DNA of 64,000 nt from Chiloscyllium plagiosum (GCF_004010195.1 NC_057718.1:74219604-74283603); one strand, 5' to 3'; shown: positions 23,089 through 37,680, counted from the stretch's first letter. Numbers and translations are program-made. Notes: generated by a model not told the origin, from the letters alone.

Positions 23089-26000
23089 AGAGTCATAGAG
23101 ATATACAGCATGGAAACAGACCCTTCAGTCCAACCTGTCTATGCTGACCAGATATCCCAACACAATTTAGTCCCACCTGCCAACACCCAGCCCATATCCC
23201 TTCAAATCCTTCCTATTCATATACTCATCCAAATGCCTTTTAAACGTTGTAATTGTACCAGCCTCCACCACTTCCTCTGGCAGCTCATTCCATACACATA
23301 CCACTCTCTGTGCAAAAAAGTTGCCCCTTAGATCTCTTTTATATCTTTCCCCTCTCACCCTAAACCTATGCCCTCTAGTTCTGGACTCCCCCACCCTAGC
23401 AAAAATATTTTGTCTATTTATTCTATCCATACGCCTCACAACTTTGTAAACCTCTATAAGGTCACCCCTCAGCCTCTGACGCTCCAGGGAAAATTGCCCC
23501 AGCCTGTTCAGCCTCTCCCTGGCAAGTCCTCCAACCCTGGCAACATCTTTCTAAATCTTTTCTGAACCTTTTCAAGTTTCACAACATCTTTCCAATAGGG
23601 AGGAGACCAGAATTGCATGCATTATTTCAACAGTGGCCTAACCAATGTACAGCCACAACATGACCTCCCAACTCCTGTACTCAATACTCTGACCAATAAA
23701 GGAAAGCATACCAAACATCTATCTACCTGTGATTGCATTTTCCACGAGCTATGAACCTGCACTCCAAGGTCTCTTTGTTCAGCAACACTCCCTAGGATTT
23801 TACCATTAAGTGTACTTGGATGTAAGATGATGAAGTTTTGCTGTGGGAAAGGTAGTGGTGAGGAAGTACATTCAGTCATAGAGTCATAGAGTAATACAGC
23901 ATAGAAACAGGCCCTTCAGTCCAACTGGTCCATGTTGACCATGGCATCTACTCAGCTAATTCCAATTGTCCTCATTTGGTCCATATCATTCTACACACTT
24001 TCTATCCATGCACCTATCCAAATATGTTTTAAATGTTATTGTTATTGTCTCAATCACTTTCTCTGGTAGCCCGTTACATATAAGCAACACTTTCTGCGTG
24101 AGGAAGTTGCTCCTCAGTTCCCCTCTAACCTTAAACTTATGCTCTCTAGCTTTTGACTCCCCATCTCTGCGGAAAAAAAGACCTTATGCATTCATCCCAT
24201 CTATGCACCTCATGATTTTATACACCTCAATAAGGTCACCTCTCATTTTCTTATGCTGCAAGGAATAAAGTCCTATCCTGGCCAACATCTCCCTATAACT
24301 CAGACCTATAGTCGTAGCAACATCATAGCAACGTCCCAACTCCTACACTCAATTCCTTGACCAATGAAGGCCAGCATGCTAAATGCCTTATTCACCACGT
24401 GTGACGCCGCCTTCAAAGAATTGTGTACTTGTACTCCTAAGTCCTCTGTGCCACAACACTCATCAGGACCTTACCATTAACTGTATAAGTCCTACCTTAG
24501 TTTGCCTTTCGAAAATGCAACTTATCTGTACTGACTTGCATTTTCCAATCCTCAGCCCTCTTCCCCACCTGATCAAGATCCCTCTGTAAGTTTTGATAAC
24601 CTGCCTAACTATCAATGATACCTCCTAATTTTGCATCATCCGCAAACTTACTAATCGTGCCTTGTATATTCACATCCAAATTATTTATGTAAATAACAAA
24701 TATTAAAGGTCCTAGTACCGACCCCTGTGTGGGACACCACTAGTCACAGGCCTCAAGTCCAAGAAACTACCTTCAACCATCACCCTCTGCTTCCTACCAT
24801 TGAGTCAATTTTGAATCCAATTAGCTGGATTGTTAGGCCAAAGGACCTGTTTCCACACTGTAGGAATTCTAGGGATTCTATGATTCTATGAGTCTCCCCA
24901 GATCCCATGCGACCTAACCTTCATGACTAGCCCGCTGTGCAAGACCTTGTCAAAGGCCTTATAGACAACATCCTTTACCCTACCCTCATCTATCCTCTTG
25001 GTTACCTCTTTGAAAAACTCTAAAAGATTTGTCAGACATGAGTTCTGGCACGTTAATCCATGTTGACTATCCCTATTCAGACCTTGACTATCCAAATGTT
25101 GGTTGATCCTGTCCCTCAGTATCCTCTCCATCAACTTACATATTACTGATTATAGGCTCAGTGGCTTGGCATTCCCTGGTTTGTTTTTGCTATCTTTCTT
25201 GAACAATGGAACAACATTAGCCACCCTCCAGTCTTCCAGAACTTCACCAGTGGCTAAAGATGAAGTAAAAATCTCTGCAAGAGCCTCTGCAAATTCTTCT
25301 CTAGCTTGCAAGTTAGATTACTTACGGTGTGGAAACAGGCCCTTCGGCCCAACAAGTCCAACAAGTTGCATTATATCTGAGGATGGACTAGATCAGGCCA
25401 AGGGGATTTATCGACCCCAATGCGCTTTAAGGCTGCAAACACCTCCTCTCTGGTAATATGTATGTGACCAAAACATCGCCACTTATTTCCTTAGCATTCA
25501 TGACTCTCTCCAGTAAACACGAAGGAGAAATATACATTAAAAATCTCCCTCACCTCCTTTGGCTCCAGACATAGACAGACATGCTGATCTTTCCTTAGCC
25601 GTGCTTTTACTCTTAATATAGCAATAGACCTTTCTGGGATTATCTTTAACCTTATCTGTCAAATCCATCTCATTCCTTCTTTTTTTCTCTTCTGATTTCA
25701 CTCTTAAGTGTGCCCTTGCACTTTTTATAGTCATCTAAGGATTCATCCTAGCCCAATAGCTTAAACCAAATGTATGCTTTCTTCTTTTTCCTCTCCAGAG
25801 CCTCAATATCCCTCATCGGCTAGGCTCCCAAAACTTGACAGCTTCTCCCTTCAACCCATGAGGGACATATTGTCTCTGGACTCTTGATATCACACTTTTA
25901 AAAGCCTCTATTCCTTTTCATTTAAACAGACTCACCCAAGTAACCTCTGCTAGATCCTGCCTCATGGCCCCAAAATTGGCCCTACTCCAGTTCAGCACCT

Positions 26001-26350
26001 GAACGTGTGGACCTATCCTATCTTTATTCATAACTCTGATAAAACTAAGAGAGTTATGGTCACTGGAGCCAAAGTACTCTCTGACTGACACTTCAGTCAC
26101 TTGCCCAACCTTGTTTCCTAAGAGGAGGACCAGTGTTGCACTCTCCCTTTACATATTGACTTAGGAAACTTTCTTGGACAGATTTGGCAAATTCCACCAT
26201 GTTGTGACCCTTCACCTCTGGGTGGCCCAGAAAATTAAAATCTTCAACCAATTCTATGCTATTATTCCTCCAGATATCTGCAATCTCACTAAACATCTGC
26301 TCCTCTAGCTCACGTTGGCTGTTTGGGGGTCTATAACACAGTCCCAATGA
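23089..26350 (-). mobile_element. CR1 fragments: 23089-23815, and a long degenerate ORF2 23876-26350 with small SINE-tail inserts
   Basis: Endonuclease (YRPPNSQRELEEQ, SDHN) and RT (SQHG, KAFDKV) motifs. (CATAGAGT) tails. Confidence 0.88.
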
Positions 26351-27132
26351 CATGTAGCATAAAGGCCAAGGAACAACAGTAAACTGTCTTAAAAACTCAT
26401 ATGCATCCTATATTGCAGCAAAGTACCATGTGAACAATACAGTGGGAGCAGAACAGTATTTGTAATTAATACTGAAATAATAACAATAAGCTGTTGCAGG
26501 ATGTGAAGAATAATTAAAGCTTTTGTGTCTGTTTCTTACCTACAAAGCCTTTAACTGAGTACTGAGAATTCAAACAGTATTGATGTTGCATCAATGATAG
26601 CAGGATGCCATTTTCCTCTCAGTACTGGATCAGTCTCAAGAACATTTTAGTGCAATGCTAATGAGGCTCTCATCTTCTGGAAGCGCTGAATCATGAAGTA
26701 CAGTTCAATAGTAATAATGTTAATGTTTATTCATTGTACGTAATACGAATGAACCATGAAGGATCTAGAATTTGGCATGATCATTGTGTAAGTTGCTAAT
26801 TGCGTACCGTGCTTTAAACAGATTTCACCTTCAAAGACACATGTCTTATGTTTATAGATAAGTTTCTAATTAACCTGTTATATTATTACACACCTCTGGA
26901 GCAAGTGAGACTTAAACCCGGATTCCTTTGTTATGTTTATACTATGTCGCCAGCAGTCAGAGTCCTGTGGGTCTGCAAGGTGCAGACAAAGAAATCAGTA
27001 AATTGTGGTAATATCTAATTCTTAACTGATAATGTCTCTACTGCTCTAAATAATATAACTCATAGAGTTAACTATCTCTAGAGAATAATTATTATACCAG
27101 TATCATTAACATGACATGGTGAACAGTGGTTC

Positions 27133-27249
27133 GGGACATGGGACTGGGATATCATAGCAATTATAGAAACATAGCTCACTGATGGATAGGACTGCCAGCT
27201 TAATGTTCCAGGATACAAATGCTACAGGAAGAATAGAAAGGGAGGCAAG
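27133..27249 (+). repeat. 117-bp exact direct duplicate of 28555-28671
   Basis: Base-by-base identity read from the sequence. Confidence 0.92.
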
Positions 27250-27529
27250 GGAGGCAATGAGATCTATCATACTTGTACAAGTCAACAGATAGAACACATG
27301 GTCAAAAGTCTTAGTGCTAAAGTATATGAGCCAGCCTTTTAAGTCTTTGTTCATTCTTACGTAAGAAAGGCAAATGATCAGGGAATATGCTCGAGCAATA
27401 GCAAGAAAGGAAATCTTAAAAGCATATTGTCAAGATGTACACAACATTGTGTAATTTAAGTTGGGACACAGCAGATCTCCTAACAAAATACAAAATGTTT
27501 AAACACTGCCTGGAGCTTTAGTTTCTAGA

Positions 27530-30500
27530 TTAGCTATGTCCAAAGCAAACAATCCCTCCAGTATCAGCCTAGCAAATCTTCTCTGGACGCCCTCCAATGG
27601 CAGTATATTCTTCCTTAGATAAGGGGCCCAAAACTGTTCTGACAATGGTCTGACTAGTGTCTTAGTTTCAGCAAAATTGTCCTAGTTCTATACTGCATTT
27701 TCTTTGAAATAAAGGCCTAAATTATACTTGTCTTCTCTATTATCTACAAAATCTGACTCCCAAAACACTCTGCTCCATAGCTTTCTACAGTCTTTCTCCA
27801 TTTAAATAATATTCAGCGTCTTTGTTCTTCCAGACAAAGTGCATGACCTCACATTTCACTGTAATATATTCGATGTGTTAAATTTTTGCTCACTAGTTCA
27901 ACCTGTCCATATCTCTCTGCGAGAGCTGAAAGAGTAAGAATGGAAGCAGGATGTATGACAAGCTCTCTATCATTAATCTAAAGAAAAGGTTGCCTATTTA
28001 TAGAAAGGCCCAGAGCAACTTACATATAATACAGATCAAACTCAGCAGCAATTATAGAATCTGTGCCTTGAAAAAAAATTTCATAAGATGTGGACATCAC
28101 TACTTGGACCACCATTTATTGACCATCTCCAGTTCTTTCAAGAAAGTGGTGGTATGCTGCCTTCTTGAATCTCTGCAGTCCATTTGGAGTAGGTAGACCC
28201 ATAATGTTGTTAGAACCAGTTTCAATACTTGACCCAGTGATACTCACGGAATGCGTCATATTTCCAAGTCAGTGTGAGTGGCTTGGAGAGGTACTGTCTT
28301 AAGGAGTCAATATGAATTTCTGAAATATATCTTGTAGATGATACACACTGCGGCTGCTAAGCATCAATGATGGAAGCAGTGAATGTTTGTGGATATGGTG
28401 CCAATCAATCTGAGACTGGTACAGTTGATGGAAGAAGTGAGTTAAATAGTCACGGCAGGCAGGGACAAAGCAGAAAACAAGGCAGGACTGATAAATTAAA
28501 CTGCAATTATTTCAATGCAAGAGGCCTAACAGGGTAGGCAAATGAACATGGTTAGGGACATGGGACTGGGATATCATAGCAATTATAGAAACATAGCTCA
28601 CTGATGGATAGGACTGCCAGCTTAATGTTCCAGGATACAAATGCTACAGGAAGAATAGAAAGGGAGGCAAGAGAGGAGGGGGAGTTGCATTTTTAATATG
28701 GGATAGCATTACAGCTGTACTGAGGGAGGATATTCCTGGAAATACATCCAGAGAAGTTATTTGGGTTAAACTGAGAAATAGGAAAGGGATGATCACCTTA
28801 CTGGGATTGTATTATAGACCCTTAATAGTCACAGGGAAATTGTGAAGCAAATTTGTAAGGAGACCTCAGTTATCTGTAAGAATAGTAGGGTAGTTATGGT
28901 AGGGGATTTTACCTTTCCAAACATAGACTGGGACTGCCAGTTAAGGGTTTAGATGGAGAGGAATTTGTTAAGTGAATACAGGAAAAATGTTTTGATTCAA
29001 TACATGGATGTACCGACTAGAGAAAGTGCAAAACTTGACCTACTGTTGGGAAATAAGCCAGGGCAGGTGACTGAGACTTCAGTGGGGGAGCACTTTGGGG
29101 CCAGTGACCATAATTCTATAAGTTTAAAAATAATGATGGAAAAGGATAGACTAGATCTAAAAGTTGAAGTTCTAAATTGGAAGAAGGCTAATTTTGACGG
29201 TATTAGGCAAGACCTTTCAAAAGCTGATTGAGGGCAGAAGTCACATTGTCCCTCCAAAGATGATCCCACCCAAACTCATCCCCTACCTTATCCATATAAC
29301 CCTGCATTTGCCATGGCCAATCCACCTCGCCAGCACACTACCAGAATGCTATGGGCAATTTAGCATTTCCACTTAACCTGCACATCTTTGGACTGTGGAA
29401 GGAAACACAGACACAGGGAGAATCTGCAAACTTCACACAGACAGCTGCCCAAGGGTGGAGTTGAACCAGGTTCCTGGTGCTGTGAGGCAGCAGTGCTAAT
29501 CACTGAGGCACAATTTCACCCAGTAGACTACGTAGTAAAGTTAGATCACATGGGAGTCAGGGAGAGCTTGCCAACTGAATACTAAATATATCTGAATCCA
29601 TGACTTCCTCTGGAAACTCATTCCATACACGGACCCTCGTGTTTTTTTTTAAATCTTTCTCTTCTCACATTAAAAATTTGTCCCCTAATTTTGAACTCCT
29701 CCATCTTAGGAAAAAGACTTTTGCTTTTGACATTTTCTATGTCCCTTATAAGGTCACCCCTCAACCACCTACACTCCAATGAAAAATGTCCTAGTCTATC
29801 CGTCTACTTTTATAAGTCAAACCCTCCATTCCTGGTAAATCGTTTGAATCCTCTCCAGTGTAATAATATCCTTCCTTTAACAGGGCAACCAGAACAGCAA
29901 ACAGTACTCCAGAAGAGGCCTCACTTACGTCCTGCACAAACTCAACATGATGTCCCAATACCTATATTCAGAGGTCTGAGCAATGAAGATAAGCAAAATA
30001 AACTCCTTCTTAACCACCTGTGATGCAAATTTCAAAGAATTATGTAACATAACATTGAAAAGGCATTTGGATAACTGCATGAACAGGACAGATTTGGAGG
30101 AATATGGACCTAATGCAGGCAGGTAGGACTAGTTTAGTTTGGAAACATGGATGGCATGGACTAGTTGGACCGAAGGGACTATTTCCATGCTGCATAACTT
30201 TGTGGCTTTTTGGTAAGAGACAGAGGGTGATTGTGAGGGTTGGCTTTGGTCTGTGACCAGCAATGTTCCACAGGGATCAGTACTAATTCCACTGTTATTT
30301 GCTATTTATATAAAATGATTTGGAATGAGAATTTAGGAGGCATAATTAGTAATTTTGTGGATGACATCAAAATTGGTGGTATTGTGGCAGTGAAGAAGAT
30401 TATCTAAGATTACAAAAGGGATCTTGATCAATTGGATAGACTGAGGAGTGGCAGCTCGAGTTAAATTTGGATAAATGCAAGGTATTGCATTTGGTAAAAT

Positions 30501-31220
30501 AGACAAGGGCAGAACTTATACAGTTAATAGTAAGGCCGTAGGTAGTACTGTTGAACAGACAGACCTAGCGGTTCAGGTACATAGTTCTTTGAAAGTTGTG
30601 TCATAGGTAGAGAGGCTGGTTAAGAAGGCATTTAACATGCTTGTCTTCATTGCTCAGACCATTGAGTACAGGAATTGGAACATCATGTTGAGGTTACACA
30701 GGCTGTTGGTAAGGCCACTTTTGTAGTACTGTGTACTGTTCTGATCATCCTGCTAGAGGAAGGATATTATTTAATTGGAGAGAGTTCAGAAAAGATTTAC
30801 CAGGATGTTTGGAATGGAGTGTTTGAGTTATAGTAGAGGCTGGAAAGGCTGGGACCTTTTCCCTGGATTGTAGGAGGTTGACAGGTGACCGTACAGGTCT
30901 ACAAAATCATGAGGAGCGTAGATAAAGTAATTAGCAAAGGTCTTTTCACTGACTTGTAGGGCTGTTCAAAACTAGGGCACTTGTTTTTAAAGTGAAAGGA
31001 GAAAGATTTAAAATGGACCTGAGGGGCAGCTTTTTCACATAGAGGGTGGTGAGTATATGGAATGAGCTGCCAGAGAAAGTGGTGCAAGTACAGTTACAAT
31101 ATTTAAAAGATATTTGATACGTTCATGAATAGGAAAGGTTTAGAGGGATATGAGCCAAATGCAGGCAAATGGTACTAGTTTAATTTGAGAAACCTGGTCG
31201 GCATGGTCGGGTTGACTCTA
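27530..31220. mobile_element. Nested CR1 fragments of both orientations plus a degenerate V-SINE (about 29240-29520, -)
   Basis: CR1 endonuclease start at 28500-29230 (+), RT and 3' pieces at 30210-31220 (+), minus-strand pieces at 27530-27920 and 29600-30040. Confidence 0.82.
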
Positions 31221-33709
31221 CTATTGCCAGAATTGTCAGGGCCTCAAAGAATTTCTGATAATCACAAGTACGTTCTTAGAGTTAGAAAATGAGAACGTGT
31301 TATGATATGGTTGGATATTTTAATCATGTGTTCTAGTTTAATTATTATTGGATAGTATAGCCATGTGTAAATACTTGGAATATAAATTTTGTGAATACTG
31401 TTGGATAGAGATACTGGTGAGTAAATGCATAATCTTTTGATTGGAAACTTACTATCCAGAAAAATAATATAAAATCATGGGTTTTGTGATAAAGTTCGAA
31501 TTGTGAACTATGTTTGATGGGTACACCTCCCATGCATATATGAATAAAGCTTGGAACTAAGAAACAAGTCTCGTCTGGTCTGGAAGAGGGATTAAAGTGT
31601 TAAAAATCACTCTTTCAAGGCCCAATTACTTTGCAGTATCCAGTACCTCTAACTGTCTCATGATATCACGTGAAATGGATGAAATTAGCTAAAGACTGGC
31701 AATGGTGATGCTGGGACCTCTGGAGGAAGCTGAGATGGGTCATCCAGTCAACACTTCTGGCTGATGAATGTTGCTTTATTTTATGTACTGATGTGCTGCC
31801 CCCACAAAGTCACTGAGATGGGGATATTTTTGGAACTTTCTTCTCCAGTGAGCTGTTTAATAGTCCAGAGTCCAGCATCAGTCATGATTAGATGTAGTAG
31901 GAGTGTAGAGCTTAGCTCTGATCCTCTGGTTGCAGGATCACTTAACTCTATCTATCATTTGCTATTTCCATTGTATAGCATGCAAATAGTCCTGCTTTGT
32001 AGCTTTTAGATATGCATGGTGCTGCTCTGGCATGACCTCTTGTACTCTTCACTGAGCCTGGTTTGATCCCTTGGCTTGAAGTTAATAATCGAAGATAATG
32101 GTTGATGGTAATGGTTGAGTAGGGCCATGAAGTTGCTGATTGCATTGGAGTATGCTTCAATTGCTGCTGAAGGCCCACAGCACCATGTATTGAATTTCTG
32201 GATCAGTTTGAAGTCTGCCCCATTTAGCATGATGGAAGCCACACAACCCAAGGACTGTGTGGTGGTCACTCTTAGGGACATTGTCATGGACTGATGTATC
32301 TGCAGCAAAGTGGATTGGTGAGGATGATCTCTGCTATGTTTTCTCCTCACCACCTGCGACCGACCCAGTCTAGCAGCTATGTTCTTTGGGGCTTGACCAG
32401 CACCATCAGTAGTGCTATTGCTGAGCCATTCCTGGTGGTGGACACTGAAATCTTCCACACAGAGTACATTCTGCATACTTGTCACCTTCTATGCTTCCTC
32501 CAAGTATTGTTCAACATGGATGACTACTAATTCATCAGCTCAGGGAGGACAATATGTGATAAATCGCAGGAGGTTTCCTTGCAAATATTTGACCTGATAC
32601 CATGACACTATTTAGAAACAATGCTGAGGATTCCCATGGCAATTCCCTCTCGATTATATACCATGTGTGCCATCTCTGCTGGACCTGTTCAGCCGGTAGG
32701 AAGGACAAATTCAGGGATGGTGATGGTGGTGTTTTCAATATTGCCTGTAAGCCATGATCATGTTAGGCTGTTGATTGACTAGGCTGTGTGACAGCTCTCC
32801 AAATTCTGGCACTAGCCCCTGATGTTAGTCAGGACGTCTTTGCAGGTCCACATGGCTGTTTTTTCCATTAGCATTTCCCAGTGCCTAGGTCGATGCCAAG
32901 TGCTTTGTGCAGTAGCATTTCTTTTCTCAGACTTCTTAGCAATTGTTACAACTGAATAGTTTGCTAGGCCATTTCAGAAGGTGGTTAAGAGACAACCAGA
33001 CAGGTAAGGACAGCAACTTTCCTTCCCGAAAGGGCATTAATAAACCAGATGCTTTTGTTTAAATGGCAATGGCTTCATGATTATCATCAGACTTTTAATC
33101 CCAGACACTTACTGGATTCAAATTTCACCATTTAATCATAATAAAATCATCGTGATGGTATTCAAATACAGGTCCCCAGAACATATCCTGGGTCTCTGGA
33201 TTGTTGGTTGAGTGACAATACAACTGCACCATCACTTTCCCTAATCTCAAAGTGCTACTGGAGAAAATGACAATCCTGCTAAAACAGTTACAGATGCACA
33301 GCATACACAAGGAATTGAAAATCACTCAGGAGACAGCCCTTTCAGAAAATAAACTCTAGTAAAAGAATTCAAACCGAGACATAGAAGAAACCAAACAACC
33401 ATTGAAGCTGCAAATGAAAGAGGCCCGGGTTTCCAAGAAAACAAAAGCTAAAAGGAAGTTGAAGTGGTTGGAAAATTATTACATCATGTTAGGAAGAAAA
33501 ATATACATAGCACCACCAGTAGGCTGAAACCTTCACAAAATCAGAAACATCCAGCAAATAAAACCAGAGGCTTTCAAACAAGCTAAAAGCTCTTAAGGAA
33601 CAAATCTCAGCTGAACTTGCATCAGGCAAAACAAATTCTCAAATAGCAACTGCAGTCCACAAAGAAAAGGCTTGACAACGCAAGTGGAAACAACAGACAA
33701 CATTCAAGA

Positions 33710-33865
33710 CTTTTTTCAATGTATAATTTCAGTTACATTACACTGTAAACTTTTGCTATAAAGTCTGTGTCTTACAATCGTGCACTTCATATCACCTGAT
33801 GAAGGAGCAGCGCTCTGAAAGCTAGTGCTTCCAATTAAGCCTGTTGGATTATAACCTGGTGTTCT
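33710..33865 (+). mobile_element. PLE-type fragment with near-intact minimal hammerhead
   Basis: cac CTGATGA aggagc agc gctct GAAA gc TA gtg at 33793-33827. Stem I cac/gtg, palindromic AGCU stem III region. Confidence 0.75.
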
Positions 33866-35099
33866 ACTGTTGTGTTTCTATAATGGGTAGTGATAGGTAC
33901 TTCAAGAAGCAATCAGCTGCTTTGTAAACTTTGGGTAACAATTCTGCGTTTTTTCAACTCTTTTATCAAAATGTATCATGCACAAAATGAGTGCAAAACT
34001 TATGTGTCAACTCAAAGCCTGTTTTGGCCACTTTAGAGGATCACTACTGCTTAAATATACAGCCACTATCAACATCCTGAGGTTACCATTGATTAGAAAC
34101 TGAACTGGACCAGTCATACAAACACTGTAGCTATAAATGCAGGTTAGAGGTTAGGAATTTCTGCAGCCTCTGATTTCCTAAAGTTGTTTACAAGGTACAA
34201 GTCAAGAGCAAAGTGGAATACTCTCTTGTCATGGAGAGGAGAGGGGGCTTCAACACTCAAGAAGCTTGACACCATTGTGGATAAAGTTGCCCACTTGATT
34301 GGCATCCAACATACTACCTTCACCGTTCACTCCCTCCACTACCAATGCACAGTGACAGCAATGTGTAACATTTAGAAGGTCCACTACAGAAATTCATTCA
34401 GGTTCATTTGACAGCCCTTCCCAAACCTACAACATCTAACAGCTAGAAGAACAATGGCAGCAGATACCTGGGAACACCAACCTCCTCATAGCCACATTTT
34501 ATCCTGACTGGAAATATATAGCAGCCATTCCTTTGCTGTTTCTATCAAAGTGCTGGAATTCTCTTCCTAACAGTACAGTAGATGAACCTAGCACCACCCC
34601 ATTTTGACAGCAGTGGTTCAAGAAGCTGCTCACCTTCCAGGAAGACCTGACTCAATCTAGTGGCAGTAGTCTTGCTGAGCAATTAATAAAGAGAAGCACA
34701 GATTGACAGCCTTTACATCACCACCTCCCCCCATCTCCCCAATCCATAGATTCTCATGGGATCCAGACACAGATTCAACTGCGCCACTGCACTTAAATCG
34801 TACATTGAAATAACAGCCTGGAGGGGTCAGAAGCACTTTTTGGGACCGTGTTTCAATCCTAGTGATTGTTTTTTGAAAAGCATGAATTCTAACTAGCATA
34901 GGGAAAGAGGGAATTTGTGGGCATGGATGGAGCAGCTGACTTGTCAAGGGAGGCATGAAGTAAATAGTATAGGAAACCTAAATAATTTAGAAAATTATTT
35001 CAATTGGCTTAAAATTTTGTTTTATTAAGATAACTTAAGTTACGGAAAGGGGAGCTCAGTCCTGCAGTTTTTAATCAGTAAGTTCATACAAGACACAAA

Positions 35100-36125
35100 A
35101 AAAGTACTGGTATAATAAGTATTGAGGAGGGATGCTTTCAACTTTAGGACGATAAGTCAGATGGGTTGAATGGTGGCAAATGGTGGCAAATAGCACTTAA
35201 TCGTGTAAGTGTGAAATGATACATTTTGGGAGGACTAACAAAGCAAAGGAGTATACATAGAATGGTAGAACCTTGAAAGTACAGACGATCAGTTGAACCT
35301 AGCTGTGAATATCCATGAGACCTCGAAGGCAGCAGGACAGGTAGATAATGTGATTAAGAAGGCATTAGGGATATGGGGTAATTATTTTTATTAGTTGAGG
35401 CATTGAATACAAGAACAGGGAGGTTTTGATAGAACTGTATGTGAGACATTGGCTAGGCTACAACTGGAGTAGTGTGTGCTGTTTTGATTACCACTGTGTA
35501 GGAAGAATATGATTAGATAGGAGAAGATGTAGAGGAGATTCACCAGAATGTTGCCTGAGCTGGAGTGTTTTAGTTATGAAGAGAGACAACAGAGGCCGAG
35601 GTTATTTTCCTTCGACCAGAGAAGACTGAGGGGGGACCTTACTGAGTCAAAAGTGTGGTGCTGAAAAGCAAAGCAGGTCAGTGAGCATCCGAGGAGCAGG
35701 AGAGTCCACGTTTCGCGCATAAGCTCTTCATCAGGAATTCCTGATGACTCTCCTGCTCCTTGGATACTGCCTGACCTGCTTTGCTTTTCCAGCGCTATAG
35801 TTTTATCTCTGATCTCCAGCATCTGCAGTCCTCACTTTCTCTTCATTGGAGGACATTACTGAGGTCTATAATTTTTTAGGGGCATAGATTTAAGATAAGG
35901 GACTATTAGTTCAGTGGGGATTTAAGAAGAATTTTATTCATCACAATGGTGGGTGATGGGTATCTGAACTCAGCTTACAGTTAAGAAGTACATAGGTGAA
36001 TGTTTGAAATGCCATGGCTTCCAAGGCTGTGGGCCAAGTGCTGGGAATTAGATAGGTGATCAGTGACAGGTGCAGACATGATGTAACAAAGGGTCTCTTT
36101 CTCTACTGTCATATGCCATGACTCG
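35100..36125 (+). mobile_element. Degenerate CR1 3' fragment interrupted by a PLE hairpin
   Basis: CR1 motifs on both sides of 35645-35845. Confidence 0.8.
35645..35845. mobile_element. PLE-derived hairpin insertion (older) with degenerate HHR
   Basis: Inverted arms. Imperfect TSD ggaccttactgag (35634-35646) versus ggacattactgag (35851-35863). Confidence 0.8.
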
Positions 36126-36666
36126 ATGGCATCACTTCTCAAGTGCAATTAGGACTGGACAAAAAATGTTGGTTTAGTTAGTAATGCACACAATTGATAC
36201 AAGAACAAATAAACTAAAAATGACATTTCCAAATGTTTGCATTGATCCAAAGTGCTTTTGTCATGTCCTGAATTTATGAAAGGAGATCAGTGCAAATTAC
36301 GACTGTCTTCACTGTAGTCCTTGAGCTGACATGTCTCCTTCAGCAACACAAAATCACACTCCAAAAAACTCAAAACTCTTCAACCTCAAACGCTATTTAA
36401 CAGATTAAAACTGTATAAAATGCTGAAAAATAAAAAAGCTTGTCAGTATACAAATATTAAGCCACAACTTGTATATTACAGTCTTTCTTCACTGTTGGGC
36501 TTCACTTTTTGCACAACATCTCATTAATGCAGGATTACTCTGAAACCAAATATCCAACTTATTTGCGAACTACCCTTTTCTTTCCAAGGTCTCTGAACGT
36601 GCTATCAATTTCTATATCTATGCTCATCTTTGTATCAGGTCACTGCACCTGTAACTGCATTGAAAT

Positions 36667-37135
36667 AGAGTCATAGAGTCATAGAGATGTACAGCATGGA
36701 AACAGACCCTTTGGTCCAACCCGTCCATGCCGACCAGATAGCCCAACCCAATCTAGTCTCACCTGCCAGCACCCGGCCAGCACCCTCCATACCCTTCCTA
36801 TTCATATACCCATCTAAATGCCTCTTAAATGTTGCAATTGTACCAGCCTCCACCAAGTTCATTCCATACACGTACCACCCTCTGTGTGAAAAAAGTTGCC
36901 CTGAAGGTCTCTTTTATATCTTTCCCCTCTCACTCTAAACCTATGCCCTCTAGTTCTGGACTCCCCGACCCCAGGGAAAAGACTTTGCCTATTTACCCTA
37001 TCCATGCCCCTCATAATTTTGTAAACTTCTATAAGGTCACCCCTCAGCCTCCAACACTCCAGGGAAAACAGCCCCAGCCTGTTCAGCCTCTCCCCATAGC
37101 TCAAATCCTCCAACCCTGGCAACATCCTTGTAAAT
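36667..37135 (-). mobile_element. CR1 3' fragment
   Basis: MLPGLEDLSYGERLNRLGLFSLE..RLRGDLIEVYKIM and a (CATAGAGT) tail. Confidence 0.92.
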
Positions 37136-37554
37136 CAAATGGACCTCATACAAGTCACAAATGAGATACTCTGACTGGAATCATGGTGTGTTATCTTTTC
37201 CCGACCCCTCTGTCACCTTAGCTATGACTGACCAAATCATCCTGCTCAACATCTAGCTTCCATACTCCAGCTGTGTTGCAATTTTATTGCTTGGTTTCTC
37301 TGAAAATTGTTTCAATCACCATCAGAATAAGTGTAGAAATGGCTTTTCCTGCTGCTCCTATTCCAGTGACCCAACTTAGGTTCATTATATACTTTCTGAT
37401 TGATTTTGGTTCCAGAATTTAAATACATAAGCTACCAAATATGTTGACCACACCTCTATCACTGCCTCCATTAACTCTGTGTTGCCTGACTGTTTGTTTG
37501 ACATTCATACTTGGATCAGCTATAATTTCCTCCAACTAAAGATTGCGAAGAATG

Positions 37555-37680
37555 CTCTGAATTAAGTTCCAAACAAGAGTCACAGTGAAACAAAATATTA
37601 ACTTAGTTTCTCTCCACACAGATGCTAACAGATCTGTTGAGATTTTCCAGCAACTTTTATTTTTATTTCAAAATTCCAAA
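37555..37680 (+). mobile_element. Old PLE-type pseudo-LTR fragment (third family)
   Basis: tttctctccacacagatgct...tttccagcaac, homologous to 46100-46270, 47335-47400 and 57450-57550. Confidence 0.6.

Noticed and set aside
33250..33710. A-rich, coding-like stretch
   Set aside because: Multiple stops and no recognisable motif. It may be an old TE fragment, but I cannot support a call.
35706..35735. Active hammerhead on the nt5e sense strand
   Set aside because: The cleavage triplet reads GUG and stem II has a mismatch, so it is predicted inactive.
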